From the NCBI GenBank assembly GCA_965202585.1, contig OZ241834.1:25792001-25856000 (forward strand): a DNA stretch of 64,000 nt, in the 5' to 3' direction. Shown in pieces: positions 13,622 through 28,732 of the stretch; the stretch's first letter is position 1, and the number at the start of each line of letters is the position of its first letter. Under the pieces are notes generated by a model. The model worked only from the letters and a program-made list of their open reading frames with translations. It did not search any database and was not told the DNA's origin. The position numbers and the translations under genes are program-made. This DNA comes from Thalia democratica. Lineage: Eukaryota.

Positions 13622-14182
13622 TTATTTTTTGCAGCTCTTCTTCTTGGATGCTTTTTTGGCTGCCGGCTTCTTCTTGGTTACTTTCTTCTTCTTGCTTGCA
13701 GCTTTTTTAGATGCTGCCTTCTTAGGAGCGCACTTTTTAGCAGGTCGCTTTTTGGCTGCTGGTTTTTTTGCAGCCTTCTTGGGAGCACACTTCTTTTTTG
13801 GTTTTTTAGCTGCGGCCTTCTTTGCTGCTGGCTTTTTAGCTACTTTCTTTGTCCTCTTCTTGGGCCCAGCAGCTGGCATTGGAGCAAGCTTGAACGAGCC
13901 AGAAGCGCCTTTTCCAGTTGTCTGGAGAAAAGCACCTTTGGTCACGCCGCTGGTAAGTGCTCTCTTCAAGTGAGAATTGGAAGCTGTGAGGTCAAGCTTG
14001 TAGGTGTCCGCAATAAACTTTTGTATCTTCTGGCGGGATGTACCTTTTCGTTCCTTCATTGCTCCAAGGGCAGAGCTAATCATTTCCCTGTAAGTAGGGT
14101 GCTCTGCCTTCTTGGCGCTTGGTCTCTTGGAGGACCTGGCTGCGGCTGGCGCTGGTACTGCTGCTACTGCTGTGGTAGACAT
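13622..14182 (-). CDS. H1: Histone H1 (unit 2)
   Basis: Same translation as unit 1. Confidence 0.95.
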   Translation of the reverse strand: MSTTAVAAVPAPAAARSSKRPSAKKAEHPTYREMISSALGAMKERKGTSRQKIQKFIADTYKLDLTASNSHLKRALTSGVTKGAFLQTTGKGASGSFKLAPMPAAGPKKRTKKVAKKPAAKKAAAKKPKKKCAPKKAAKKPAAKKRPAKKCAPKKAASKKAASKKKKVTKKKPAAKKASKKKSCKK

Positions 14183-17100
14183 GATGAATGAATAATAAAG
14201 CGACCAAAACGATACTTGCAAGAGTTACTGACTGTGACGAATTGACTGTCGAGCAGTTATGCTTTGCAAGGTACCTTTTACTTCTTAGCATTTTTGCATT
14301 AGCATGTTTGTTTAACACATATATGCTTATAAAAACTTAGTTGTCTTATTACGAATGTTGAAAAAGTTCCAGTAAGAAAGAAACCATATCTAACTTGTTC
14401 TAAAAGTAATTTTTTTTAAAGCATTAGTTTGAAAAGTCCAGAAATAACAGCCTGTATCTTACAGCACACCTCTAAATACATTAAGAAAAACATAAATGAA
14501 ACAAAACATGTTAACACACTCCCGACTGAGTTTTCCTTTGCCGCTCACCTAAAGTAATAAAGTTTTAACAAAGCACAAGGTTTTTTTTTACCTCAAACTT
14601 AAACAAAGTTTCATTATATCGATTTCATGGAGTTTTGTTAATCGTAAGTTCTATCAAGTATGTTCAAGTTAATTACAGTTTAAACTAATGTGTAAAAAGT
14701 AATTTCAAAAGAATAAAAGAGTTCATTTTGTTTAGCTTTACTAGTTATGATTACTCATAATCAATATACTCATAAGCAATGTACTCAAAACTTTTATTAA
14801 ACAGACAACTAGATAACTTTGTTCTTGCACATACTAGTAACTTACCTTACAACAATGTTTTCCAAACAACCTTTCAAAAACGTACTGTACAGTAACTATG
14901 ATGATACTTGTTTGAAAGTTGTAAACTACGTTTAAACACAAATTTTATTTTCCAGTGTATATGAAAAACTAGTTTAACAGGTAAGTAGTTTAACATTCAA
15001 TTGGTGTTTCAAACAACTGATTCAAGCTGTTATACAGTTTAAAAAATAACTGATGCGATTTTGCTCGTTAAACTTAAACCTTGATCAAACTAAGAACTTT
15101 AACTTTGCAGATTTCAACCGAATAAAGTGTGCTGATAAAAGTGAACAAATGGATTTGGTTGTAAATTTTTCAAACAAAATAAAGTTAATTAAATTCAAAG
15201 AAGTAAATAAGTCGAAAAAGCTTATGAACACTAGCACTAAATTTGAACTTAAACAAAAGCTGATATCTTTTGGATGAAAAATTTTACGTAAAAAAAGAGG
15301 TTGGTTTATTTTTTAAGCAGCATTATATACAAAATAAAATCGAGTAAGAAAATCGAAATGAAAAAGTTTTGAAGTAAAATTGACAAACTTAGTGTTTGAA
15401 TAAAGCTTTGTTTACAATCAGCACTCATAACCTTTCAATCTATCTTTGAAACTTTTTAACTGGAAAATAATGCAACTAGGTTTTTTTTTCAAACTTTGTT
15501 TTGTCACTTCTCATAAAGTTTTAAAGTCAGTCGAAACAACATAGATACTGACACATATTTTGAAACAACAACAGTACTGTTTTTTAAAGTTTACGATTGA
15601 AGTGTTTACCAAGTTAAACATGTGTTTTAACTGCTTTACTGCTAATAGTAATTTCCTAGTTTACTCAACCTAGATTAATCATAATGTTCTGTACCATTGA
15701 TTTCATTGACTAAATGTTTTGCTTTTCGAAATTCGTAACTAGTTATCTCTAACTTACTGTTAATGTAGTTAAAAACACAGCTTAGGATAAGTTACATTTT
15801 ATTCTCGGATGTCGTTAAGAACATAGCTGTTGTAGCAATAACATATAAACTTGAAGCAAAGTAACTGTTATCTTATTCAATTATAGACCATATAAAACAA
15901 AGTATTTGCTTGATTCAAAGTTTTACATTGTAGTTTGCCTATTATGGAACTTGTACTGTCACATAATAGGCTGTAAAAAAATGAAGGCTAAAAAAGTTTT
16001 TGTCTTGCTTTGTCCAATTTTTCTTCTTCTTTACATTTATAAAAACTACACAGCTTAAAGCAACAAGTTACAGTAATTTTGCTTTCTTATGTATAGCGTA
16101 CTTAAGGGTAACAAACAAGTGGTAACAAGTTTTTTACTTCTTTTCTTTGTACCATGTTTCAGCTAATCAATTGGTTTATTTCATATGCTTGACAAGATTA
16201 GAAAGCTTAAATCAAGTAAGTAGATGTAAGCTTTGTAAAATAAAAGATTTATTTATACAAGTTCATCATTTTATTAAGGTATTTTGTTTTGTAAATTGCG
16301 TACTTGTTAATAGCGTTCTCTTTCTTTTGAACAAACGATGTTGTTTACATTTATGTGTTACACCAGTTTTGAATTGCTAAGCATGTTTCAGTTGTAGTTT
16401 AATTGTAATTGAACAGTATTTTTTAAGGACACTAAACATTGTTTGTTATTAACAGTTTAAAACGTTTTCAGTTAATAAGTCAAAGTTTTATTTCTGTTTA
16501 AGCGTACTATTTTCATTGAAAAATAAAAATAGTTTTTACAGTGACGTAGGCACAGTTTTTTTTAATAAACTAAAAAACAAATGAAATATTGAATTAAAAA
16601 ATGTCCACAAAGTAAGCATGAATAAGAATAAGTTTTATTTGGAAAAGAAAGTTAAAAGGAAAAAGGCCACGAAAAAGACACTCAAGTTAGTTAAAGCTTT
16701 TCACTAAGCATTCGACAATAGTAAGCAATAAAGTAAGGATTAGAGCAGTTATCTAGCTAGAGTTCCTTTCTTAACAGTTGCATAAAAAAAGTACAGTAGA
16801 GAAATTGTAGCGAGCTAGGTATTTAATAAATAATGGGTTTATAGTTTGGAGGGAAATTGTTTTTTGATTCTTTTTCACCACAAAGTTGATTAAGTGTGTG
16901 TATTTGTGTTGTTGAGTTTAGTAGTCATTAGTAGCTTGTGTATTTAATTGGTGATCCACCTAATCTTTAGATTCAAAAAGTACATAGCTTAAAACAAACA
17001 AGTATCGTCGTTTTGAGTTGTCTCATACATAGTTTAAAAAAGAGTTACAAAAAATGGTAACAAGCTGTTCCATTTTTACCTTGGAATCATGTCGTTATTT

Positions 17101-18717
17101 GTCATAGCCACAGAAAAAATGAGTTCAACAAAACAAGTATGAGCTTTGTAAGCAGAAAGATTATTTCAATTGTATGTTTGTTTTAAACAATCACTGTTGT
17201 TTACATTACTGTTCAACTTTTAAACAGTTTTTTATTGTTTCATTTGCATTCTGATAAGTAAAACTAATACTTATTTGACAATCAGACCTTAAATAAATAT
17301 CATTGAGCATTTTTAGTATCAAAGCAAAGTAAATGTTTCTTCTCATTTAATATAATGTCTTATTTAAGCATAATTTTTTATTTAGTGACAGATTGATTTT
17401 TTTATTAAACTAACAACAAATATCTATTGAGTGTTTGAAAAACAAGTTTACAAAGTAAAATGAACTAGAATAAGTTTTGTTTAAACAATAAGTTAAACAA
17501 GAAAATTCCCATTAAAAAACATTTTTACCTAACATTTAAATACTAGTGAAGCAGAAAAACTTATTCTACATTATCAAAAGTAGTTTAAAATGTCAAGTAG
17601 AACTACAAAAACTAAAGTAAGTGTAACTAACTAGTAGAAACAAAAACAGAGAAATTCAGCTTTAGAAAGTTTATTTAGAAGTTATTGAAACACACTAACT
17701 GTTACTTTTTACCAACACGCACAATGTAGATATAAATTTGTACATTTTTTTGTCGCTTAGTTTAAGCTTGTTTGACACTGTTTACTCGACATTAGTAGCT
17801 GCTTAAATCAACTGGTGGTCCTGATTACTTTAGATATGTAGAAACATAACTTTCAACAAACTACTAGAGTTGTTAAAGGTCAGTAAGTTGTCTCATATCT
17901 AGTTAAAACAAGTACCTTTTACTTTGAAAACTAGAATAATAAATTACTTAAAAAAGTACAAGCAGTTACTTTTTTGTGTTTTACCAAGTTTCAACCAATG
18001 AGCTGGTTTGTTTTGTGTGTTTATGTTTTGAATTGAAAATGTTTCTTGAATATGCTAAACAGAAGTTAGCTTTGAAAGAAGGAATATGTTATTTTACTTG
18101 AAAAACACATCTGTAATTTTTTGTCTTGAACAACCATTTTTGTATTCATTTATGTATTCGTAACTTTTTAAAACGTGTTACATGGCTTCAATTGCAGTTA
18201 AGTTGATAAGAAGAACTCGTTTAAAAAGTTAAAGCTCGGTTGTGTTACTAATAATCAACAACAACTTAAAATAAAGTTACAACTAAGTTTTTGCATGTTA
18301 TAAGTGATATACATTTTTGTTTAAAAAGATGATACTTTTTTGTAAGCACTTATTTATTGAATGTTTCAACAGAACTTCAGCAAATGAATAAAAACAAGTG
18401 TTTTGTACAAAAAGTATTCAGATGAAAAATCTTACGGACAACAAAATCAAGTTAGTTAAACATCTTTTACAAACCATTTGATTACAAGCACTACTACTGT
18501 TTTTAGACTAATGCAATGCTTTTTCTACAATATAACGAGTTACAAGTTTATAAAGTATTTGAAACAAAAAAAAAGTGTGTTCATTCAAGTATATGAGTTT
18601 TTAATTTACACAAATAAGAATTTATTTGTACTAAGCTTATATTCTTGTACTTTAAGTAAACATGAACAGCTGGTTCTATTCAAATGGTGGTCCTGAAAAG
18701 GACCGGTTGTTTAGCGT

Positions 18718-19077
18718 TTATTTTGAGCTGGTGTATTTGGTAACAGCTTTAGTTCCTTCTGAAACTGCGTGCTTTGACAACTCGCCGGGGAGCAAGAGCC
18801 TGACAGCAGTTTGAATTTCGCGGCTGCTAACAGTTGACCTCTTGTTGTAATGAGCCAAACGTGAAGCCTCTGCTGCAATGCGCTCGAAGATGTCGTTGAC
18901 AAATGAGTTCATGATTCCCATTGCCTTGCTGGAAATTCCGGTGTCGGGGTGCACTTGCTTCAAAACTTTGTACACATAGATGCCAAAGCTTTCTTTGTTC
19001 CTCCTCCTTCGCTTCTTCTTGCCGTCGACCGGAGCGGTCTTGGCTACTGACTTCTTCGCGCCTTTGGTTGCTGTCAT
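18718..19077 (-). CDS. H2B: Histone H2B (unit 3)
   Basis: Same translation as unit 1. Confidence 0.97.
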   Translation of the reverse strand: MTATKGAKKSVAKTAPVDGKKKRRRRNKESFGIYVYKVLKQVHPDTGISSKAMGIMNSFVNDIFERIAAEASRLAHYNKRSTVSSREIQTAVRLLLPGELSKHAVSEGTKAVTKYTSSK

Positions 19078-19241
19078 GATGATGTGTGGACTTCTGTCTC
19101 GGCGCCAGTTTATATGCTGAAAAATTATGCAAATTAGCATAGTTCCGTACGCGAACGATAGCTGGTTTCTCTCACTTCACAATTCTCTCGTTTGTTGTAA
19201 ATATTTTGGTGGTCCTGAAAAGGACCTGGTTTTTTTTTAAC

Positions 19242-19622
19242 TTAGGCTGACTTTTTTGAAGCGGTCTTCTTAGGCAATAGTACTGCCTGGATGTTTGGAA
19301 GAACACCACCTTGAGCAATTGTGACGCCTCCGAGAAGTTTGTTCAACTCTTCGTCGTTGCGAATAGCTAGTTGCAAATGGCGAGGAATGATCCTGCTTTT
19401 CTTGTTGTCACGAGCAGCGTTACCGGCAAGCTCGAGCACTTCTGCGCTCAAGTACTCGAGAACGGCAGCCAGATAAACTGGAGCACCAGCTCCGACTCTT
19501 TGGCTGTAGTTGCCGGTGCGCAACAGGCGGTGCACGCGACCGACTGGAAACTGCAGTCCTGCACGGGAAGACCTGCTCTTCGGCTTAGATTTGAGTTTTG
19601 ATCCTTTACCACGTCCTGACAT
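19242..19622 (-). CDS. H2A: Histone H2A (unit 3)
   Basis: Same translation as unit 1. Confidence 0.97.
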   Translation of the reverse strand: MSGRGKGSKLKSKPKSRSSRAGLQFPVGRVHRLLRTGNYSQRVGAGAPVYLAAVLEYLSAEVLELAGNAARDNKKSRIIPRHLQLAIRNDEELNKLLGGVTIAQGGVLPNIQAVLLPKKTASKKSA

Positions 19623-19804
19623 TTTGTTGTTCGAATGATTGTGATGATAGCTTGCACAGCTCACTATAAAACTCATACCTAACCGCGTCGAACGAAAAAC
19701 TAATTTGCATATGTCATAGCTAATGCTTAATCTTGTCAAAAGTGTTGTAAAACTTTTATATTGAATTAGGTGGTCCTAAAAAGGACCGGGTTTGCTAAAA
19801 GCGA

Positions 19805-20152
<348 letters not shown>

Positions 20153-20304
20153 TTATATACAAGCTGTTACGGACGCGTACGGTTACTACTAACTAATTTG
20201 CATACTCAAAAAAGTCTCTTAACTTACATTTTTTCGTTCGGTTAAGTTTTTCTCACTGTCAAAGTTTTAAGGTGGCCCTGAAAAGGACCGGTTTTAGCTA
20301 ACGC

Positions 20305-20796
<492 letters not shown>

Positions 20797-20896
20797 CTAA
20801 TTTGCATATTTTCAACTTAGCATTGTTTTATGCATTTCGAGTTGCGTTATATTTTGTTTGAGTGGTCCTGAAAAGGACCTTGGGTAAAAGAACAAC

Positions 20897-21457
20897 TTAT
20901 TTTTTGCAGCTCTTCTTCTTGGATGCTTTTTTGGCTGCCGGCTTCTTCTTGGTTACTTTCTTCTTCTTGCTTGCAGCTTTTTTAGATGCTGCCTTCTTAG
21001 GAGCGCACTTTTTAGCAGGTCGCTTTTTGGCTGCTGGTTTTTTTGCAGCCTTCTTGGGAGCACACTTCTTTTTTGGTTTTTTAGCTGCGGCCTTCTTTGC
21101 TGCTGGCTTTTTAGCTACTTTCTTTGTCCTCTTCTTGGGCCCAGCAGCTGGCATTGGAGCAAGCTTGAACGAGCCAGAAGCGCCTTTTCCAGTTGTCTGG
21201 AGAAAAGCACCTTTGGTCACGCCGCTGGTAAGTGCTCTCTTCAAGTGAGAATTGGAAGCTGTGAGGTCAAGCTTGTAGGTGTCCGCAATAAACTTTTGTA
21301 TCTTCTGGCGGGATGTACCTTTTCGTTCCTTCATTGCTCCAAGGGCAGAGCTAATCATTTCCCTGTAAGTAGGGTGCTCTGCCTTCTTGGCGCTTGGTCT
21401 CTTGGAGGACCTGGCTGCGGCTGGCGCTGGTACTGCTGCTACTGCTGTGGTAGACAT
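20897..21457 (-). CDS. H1: Histone H1 (unit 3)
   Basis: Same translation as unit 1. Confidence 0.95.
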   Translation of the reverse strand: MSTTAVAAVPAPAAARSSKRPSAKKAEHPTYREMISSALGAMKERKGTSRQKIQKFIADTYKLDLTASNSHLKRALTSGVTKGAFLQTTGKGASGSFKLAPMPAAGPKKRTKKVAKKPAAKKAAAKKPKKKCAPKKAAKKPAAKKRPAKKCAPKKAASKKAASKKKKVTKKKPAAKKASKKKSCKK

Positions 21458-24400
21458 GATGAATGAATAATAAAGCGACCAAAACGATACTTGCAAGAGT
21501 TACTGACTGTGACGAATTGACTGTCGAGCAGTTATGCTTTGCAAGGTACCTTTTACTTCTTAGCATTTTTGCATTAGCATGTTTGTTTAACACATATATG
21601 CTTATAAAAACTTAGTTGTCTTATTACGAATGTTGAAAAAGTTCCAGTAAGAAAGAAACCATATCTAACTTGTTCTAAAAGTAATTTTTTTTAAAGCATT
21701 AGTTTGAAAAGTCCAGAAATAACAGCCTGTATCTTACAGCACACCTCTAAATACATTAAGAAAAACATAAATGAAACAAAACATGTTAACACACTCCCGA
21801 CTGAGTTTTCCTTTGCCGCTCACCTAAAGTAATAAAGTTTTAACAAAGCACAAGGTTTTTTTTTACCTCAAACTTAAACAAAGTTTCATTATATCGATTT
21901 CATGGAGTTTTGTTAATCGTAAGTTCTATCAAGTATGTTCAAGTTAATTACAGTTTAAACTAATGTGTAAAAAGTAATTTCAAAAGAATAAAAGAGTTCA
22001 TTTTGTTTAGCTTTACTAGTTATGATTACTCATAATCAATATACTCATAAGCAATGTACTCAAAACTTTTATTAAACAGACAACTAGATAACTTTGTTCT
22101 TGCACATACTAGTAACTTACCTTACAACAATGTTTTCCAAACAACCTTTCAAAAACGTACTGTACAGTAACTATGATGATACTTGTTTGAAAGTTGTAAA
22201 CTACGTTTAAACACAAATTTTATTTTCCAGTGTATATGAAAAACTAGTTTAACAGGTAAGTAGTTTAACATTCAATTGGTGTTTCAAACAACTGATTCAA
22301 GCTGTTATACAGTTTAAAAAATAACTGATGCGATTTTGCTCGTTAAACTTAAACCTTGATCAAACTAAGAACTTTAACTTTGCAGATTTCAACCGAATAA
22401 AGTGTGCTGATAAAAGTGAACAAATGGATTTGGTTGTAAATTTTTCAAACAAAATAAAGTTAATTAAATTCAAAGAAGTAAATAAGTCGAAAAAGCTTAT
22501 GAACACTAGCACTAAATTTGAACTTAAACAAAAGCTGATATCTTTTGGATGAAAAATTTTACGTAAAAAAAGAGGTTGGTTTATTTTTTAAGCAGCATTA
22601 TATACAAAATAAAATCGAGTAAGAAAATCGAAATGAAAAAGTTTTGAAGTAAAATTGACAAACTTAGTGTTTGAATAAAGCTTTGTTTACAATCAGCACT
22701 CATAACCTTTCAATCTATCTTTGAAACTTTTTAACTGGAAAATAATGCAACTAGGTTTTTTTTTCAAACTTTGTTTTGTCACTTCTCATAAAGTTTTAAA
22801 GTCAGTCGAAACAACATAGATACTGACACATATTTTGAAACAACAACAGTACTGTTTTTTAAAGTTTACGATTGAAGTGTTTACCAAGTTAAACATGTGT
22901 TTTAACTGCTTTACTGCTAATAGTAATTTCCTAGTTTACTCAACCTAGATTAATCATAATGTTCTGTACCATTGATTTCATTGACTAAATGTTTTGCTTT
23001 TCGAAATTCGTAACTAGTTATCTCTAACTTACTGTTAATGTAGTTAAAAACACAGCTTAGGATAAGTTACATTTTATTCTCGGATGTCGTTAAGAACATA
23101 GCTGTTGTAGCAATAACATATAAACTTGAAGCAAAGTAACTGTTATCTTATTCAATTATAGACCATATAAAACAAAGTATTTGCTTGATTCAAAGTTTTA
23201 CATTGTAGTTTGCCTATTATGGAACTTGTACTGTCACATAATAGGCTGTAAAAAAATGAAGGCTAAAAAAGTTTTTGTCTTGCTTTGTCCAATTTTTCTT
23301 CTTCTTTACATTTATAAAAACTACACAGCTTAAAGCAACAAGTTACAGTAATTTTGCTTTCTTATGTATAGCGTACTTAAGGGTAACAAACAAGTGGTAA
23401 CAAGTTTTTTACTTCTTTTCTTTGTACCATGTTTCAGCTAATCAATTGGTTTATTTCATATGCTTGACAAGATTAGAAAGCTTAAATCAAGTAAGTAGAT
23501 GTAAGCTTTGTAAAATAAAAGATTTATTTATACAAGTTCATCATTTTATTAAGGTATTTTGTTTTGTAAATTGCGTACTTGTTAATAGCGTTCTCTTTCT
23601 TTTGAACAAACGATGTTGTTTACATTTATGTGTTACACCAGTTTTGAATTGCTAAGCATGTTTCAGTTGTAGTTTAATTGTAATTGAACAGTATTTTTTA
23701 AGGACACTAAACATTGTTTGTTATTAACAGTTTAAAACGTTTTCAGTTAATAAGTCAAAGTTTTATTTCTGTTTAAGCGTACTATTTTCATTGAAAAATA
23801 AAAATAGTTTTTACAGTGACGTAGGCACAGTTTTTTTTAATAAACTAAAAAACAAATGAAATATTGAATTAAAAAATGTCCACAAAGTAAGCATGAATAA
23901 GAATAAGTTTTATTTGGAAAAGAAAGTTAAAAGGAAAAAGGCCACGAAAAAGACACTCAAGTTAGTTAAAGCTTTTCACTAAGCATTCGACAATAGTAAG
24001 CAATAAAGTAAGGATTAGAGCAGTTATCTAGCTAGAGTTCCTTTCTTAACAGTTGCATAAAAAAAGTACAGTAGAGAAATTGTAGCGAGCTAGGTATTTA
24101 ATAAATAATGGGTTTATAGTTTGGAGGGAAATTGTTTTTTGATTCTTTTTCACCACAAAGTTGATTAAGTGTGTGTATTTGTGTTGTTGAGTTTAGTAGT
24201 CATTAGTAGCTTGTGTATTTAATTGGTGATCCACCTAATCTTTAGATTCAAAAAGTACATAGCTTAAAACAAACAAGTATCGTCGTTTTGAGTTGTCTCA
24301 TACATAGTTTAAAAAAGAGTTACAAAAAATGGTAACAAGCTGTTCCATTTTTACCTTGGAATCATGTCGTTATTTGTCATAGCCACAGAAAAAATGAGTT

Positions 24401-25992
24401 CAACAAAACAAGTATGAGCTTTGTAAGCAGAAAGATTATTTCAATTGTATGTTTGTTTTAAACAATCACTGTTGTTTACATTACTGTTCAACTTTTAAAC
24501 AGTTTTTTATTGTTTCATTTGCATTCTGATAAGTAAAACTAATACTTATTTGACAATCAGACCTTAAATAAATATCATTGAGCATTTTTAGTATCAAAGC
24601 AAAGTAAATGTTTCTTCTCATTTAATATAATGTCTTATTTAAGCATAATTTTTTATTTAGTGACAGATTGATTTTTTTATTAAACTAACAACAAATATCT
24701 ATTGAGTGTTTGAAAAACAAGTTTACAAAGTAAAATGAACTAGAATAAGTTTTGTTTAAACAATAAGTTAAACAAGAAAATTCCCATTAAAAAACATTTT
24801 TACCTAACATTTAAATACTAGTGAAGCAGAAAAACTTATTCTACATTATCAAAAGTAGTTTAAAATGTCAAGTAGAACTACAAAAACTAAAGTAAGTGTA
24901 ACTAACTAGTAGAAACAAAAACAGAGAAATTCAGCTTTAGAAAGTTTATTTAGAAGTTATTGAAACACACTAACTGTTACTTTTTACCAACACGCACAAT
25001 GTAGATATAAATTTGTACATTTTTTTGTCGCTTAGTTTAAGCTTGTTTGACACTGTTTACTCGACATTAGTAGCTGCTTAAATCAACTGGTGGTCCTGAT
25101 TACTTTAGATATGTAGAAACATAACTTTCAACAAACTACTAGAGTTGTTAAAGGTCAGTAAGTTGTCTCATATCTAGTTAAAACAAGTACCTTTTACTTT
25201 GAAAACTAGAATAATAAATTACTTAAAAAAGTACAAGCAGTTACTTTTTTGTGTTTTACCAAGTTTCAACCAATGAGCTGGTTTGTTTTGTGTGTTTATG
25301 TTTTGAATTGAAAATGTTTCTTGAATATGCTAAACAGAAGTTAGCTTTGAAAGAAGGAATATGTTATTTTACTTGAAAAACACATCTGTAATTTTTTGTC
25401 TTGAACAACCATTTTTGTATTCATTTATGTATTCGTAACTTTTTAAAACGTGTTACATGGCTTCAATTGCAGTTAAGTTGATAAGAAGAACTCGTTTAAA
25501 AAGTTAAAGCTCGGTTGTGTTACTAATAATCAACAACAACTTAAAATAAAGTTACAACTAAGTTTTTGCATGTTATAAGTGATATACATTTTTGTTTAAA
25601 AAGATGATACTTTTTTGTAAGCACTTATTTATTGAATGTTTCAACAGAACTTCAGCAAATGAATAAAAACAAGTGTTTTGTACAAAAAGTATTCAGATGA
25701 AAAATCTTACGGACAACAAAATCAAGTTAGTTAAACATCTTTTACAAACCATTTGATTACAAGCACTACTACTGTTTTTAGACTAATGCAATGCTTTTTC
25801 TACAATATAACGAGTTACAAGTTTATAAAGTATTTGAAACAAAAAAAAAGTGTGTTCATTCAAGTATATGAGTTTTTAATTTACACAAATAAGAATTTAT
25901 TTGTACTAAGCTTATATTCTTGTACTTTAAGTAAACATGAACAGCTGGTTCTATTCAAATGGTGGTCCTGAAAAGGACCGGTTGTTTAGCGT

Positions 25993-26352
25993 TTATTTTG
26001 AGCTGGTGTATTTGGTAACAGCTTTAGTTCCTTCTGAAACTGCGTGCTTTGACAACTCGCCGGGGAGCAAGAGCCTGACAGCAGTTTGAATTTCGCGGCT
26101 GCTAACAGTTGACCTCTTGTTGTAATGAGCCAAACGTGAAGCCTCTGCTGCAATGCGCTCGAAGATGTCGTTGACAAATGAGTTCATGATTCCCATTGCC
26201 TTGCTGGAAATTCCGGTGTCGGGGTGCACTTGCTTCAAAACTTTGTACACATAGATGCCAAAGCTTTCTTTGTTCCTCCTCCTTCGCTTCTTCTTGCCGT
26301 CGACCGGAGCGGTCTTGGCTACTGACTTCTTCGCGCCTTTGGTTGCTGTCAT
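25993..26352 (-). CDS. H2B: Histone H2B (unit 4)
   Basis: Same translation as unit 1. Confidence 0.97.
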   Translation of the reverse strand: MTATKGAKKSVAKTAPVDGKKKRRRRNKESFGIYVYKVLKQVHPDTGISSKAMGIMNSFVNDIFERIAAEASRLAHYNKRSTVSSREIQTAVRLLLPGELSKHAVSEGTKAVTKYTSSK

Positions 26353-26516
26353 GATGATGTGTGGACTTCTGTCTCGGCGCCAGTTTATATGCTGAAAAAT
26401 TATGCAAATTAGCATAGTTCCGTACGCGAACGATAGCTGGTTTCTCTCACTTCACAATTCTCTCGTTTGTTGTAAATATTTTGGTGGTCCTGAAAAGGAC
26501 CTGGTTTTTTTTTAAC

Positions 26517-26897
26517 TTAGGCTGACTTTTTTGAAGCGGTCTTCTTAGGCAATAGTACTGCCTGGATGTTTGGAAGAACACCACCTTGAGCAATTGTGAC
26601 GCCTCCGAGAAGTTTGTTCAACTCTTCGTCGTTGCGAATAGCTAGTTGCAAATGGCGAGGAATGATCCTGCTTTTCTTGTTGTCACGAGCAGCGTTACCG
26701 GCAAGCTCGAGCACTTCTGCGCTCAAGTACTCGAGAACGGCAGCCAGATAAACTGGAGCACCAGCTCCGACTCTTTGGCTGTAGTTGCCGGTGCGCAACA
26801 GGCGGTGCACGCGACCGACTGGAAACTGCAGTCCTGCACGGGAAGACCTGCTCTTCGGCTTAGATTTGAGTTTTGATCCTTTACCACGTCCTGACAT
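26517..26897 (-). CDS. H2A: Histone H2A (unit 4)
   Basis: Same translation as unit 1. Confidence 0.97.
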   Translation of the reverse strand: MSGRGKGSKLKSKPKSRSSRAGLQFPVGRVHRLLRTGNYSQRVGAGAPVYLAAVLEYLSAEVLELAGNAARDNKKSRIIPRHLQLAIRNDEELNKLLGGVTIAQGGVLPNIQAVLLPKKTASKKSA

Positions 26898-27079
26898 TTT
26901 GTTGTTCGAATGATTGTGATGATAGCTTGCACAGCTCACTATAAAACTCATACCTAACCGCGTCGAACGAAAAACTAATTTGCATATGTCATAGCTAATG
27001 CTTAATCTTGTCAAAAGTGTTGTAAAACTTTTATATTGAATTAGGTGGTCCTAAAAAGGACCGGGTTTGCTAAAAGCGA

Positions 27080-27427
<348 letters not shown>

Positions 27428-27579
27428 TTATATACAAGCTGTTACGGACGCGTACGGTTACTACTAACTAATTTGCATACTCAAAAAAGTCTCTTAACTT
27501 ACATTTTTTCGTTCGGTTAAGTTTTTCTCACTGTCAAAGTTTTAAGGTGGCCCTGAAAAGGACCGGTTTTAGCTAACGC

Positions 27580-28071
<492 letters not shown>

Positions 28072-28171
28072 CTAATTTGCATATTTTCAACTTAGCATTG
28101 TTTTATGCATTTCGAGTTGCGTTATATTTTGTTTGAGTGGTCCTGAAAAGGACCTTGGGTAAAAGAACAAC

Positions 28172-28732
28172 TTATTTTTTGCAGCTCTTCTTCTTGGATG
28201 CTTTTTTGGCTGCCGGCTTCTTCTTGGTTACTTTCTTCTTCTTGCTTGCAGCTTTTTTAGATGCTGCCTTCTTAGGAGCGCACTTTTTAGCAGGTCGCTT
28301 TTTGGCTGCTGGTTTTTTTGCAGCCTTCTTGGGAGCACACTTCTTTTTTGGTTTTTTAGCTGCGGCCTTCTTTGCTGCTGGCTTTTTAGCTACTTTCTTT
28401 GTCCTCTTCTTGGGCCCAGCAGCTGGCATTGGAGCAAGCTTGAACGAGCCAGAAGCGCCTTTTCCAGTTGTCTGGAGAAAAGCACCTTTGGTCACGCCGC
28501 TGGTAAGTGCTCTCTTCAAGTGAGAATTGGAAGCTGTGAGGTCAAGCTTGTAGGTGTCCGCAATAAACTTTTGTATCTTCTGGCGGGATGTACCTTTTCG
28601 TTCCTTCATTGCTCCAAGGGCAGAGCTAATCATTTCCCTGTAAGTAGGGTGCTCTGCCTTCTTGGCGCTTGGTCTCTTGGAGGACCTGGCTGCGGCTGGC
28701 GCTGGTACTGCTGCTACTGCTGTGGTAGACAT
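28172..28732 (-). CDS. H1: Histone H1 (unit 4)
   Basis: Same translation as unit 1. Confidence 0.95.
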   Translation of the reverse strand: MSTTAVAAVPAPAAARSSKRPSAKKAEHPTYREMISSALGAMKERKGTSRQKIQKFIADTYKLDLTASNSHLKRALTSGVTKGAFLQTTGKGASGSFKLAPMPAAGPKKRTKKVAKKPAAKKAAAKKPKKKCAPKKAAKKPAAKKRPAKKCAPKKAASKKAASKKKKVTKKKPAAKKASKKKSCKK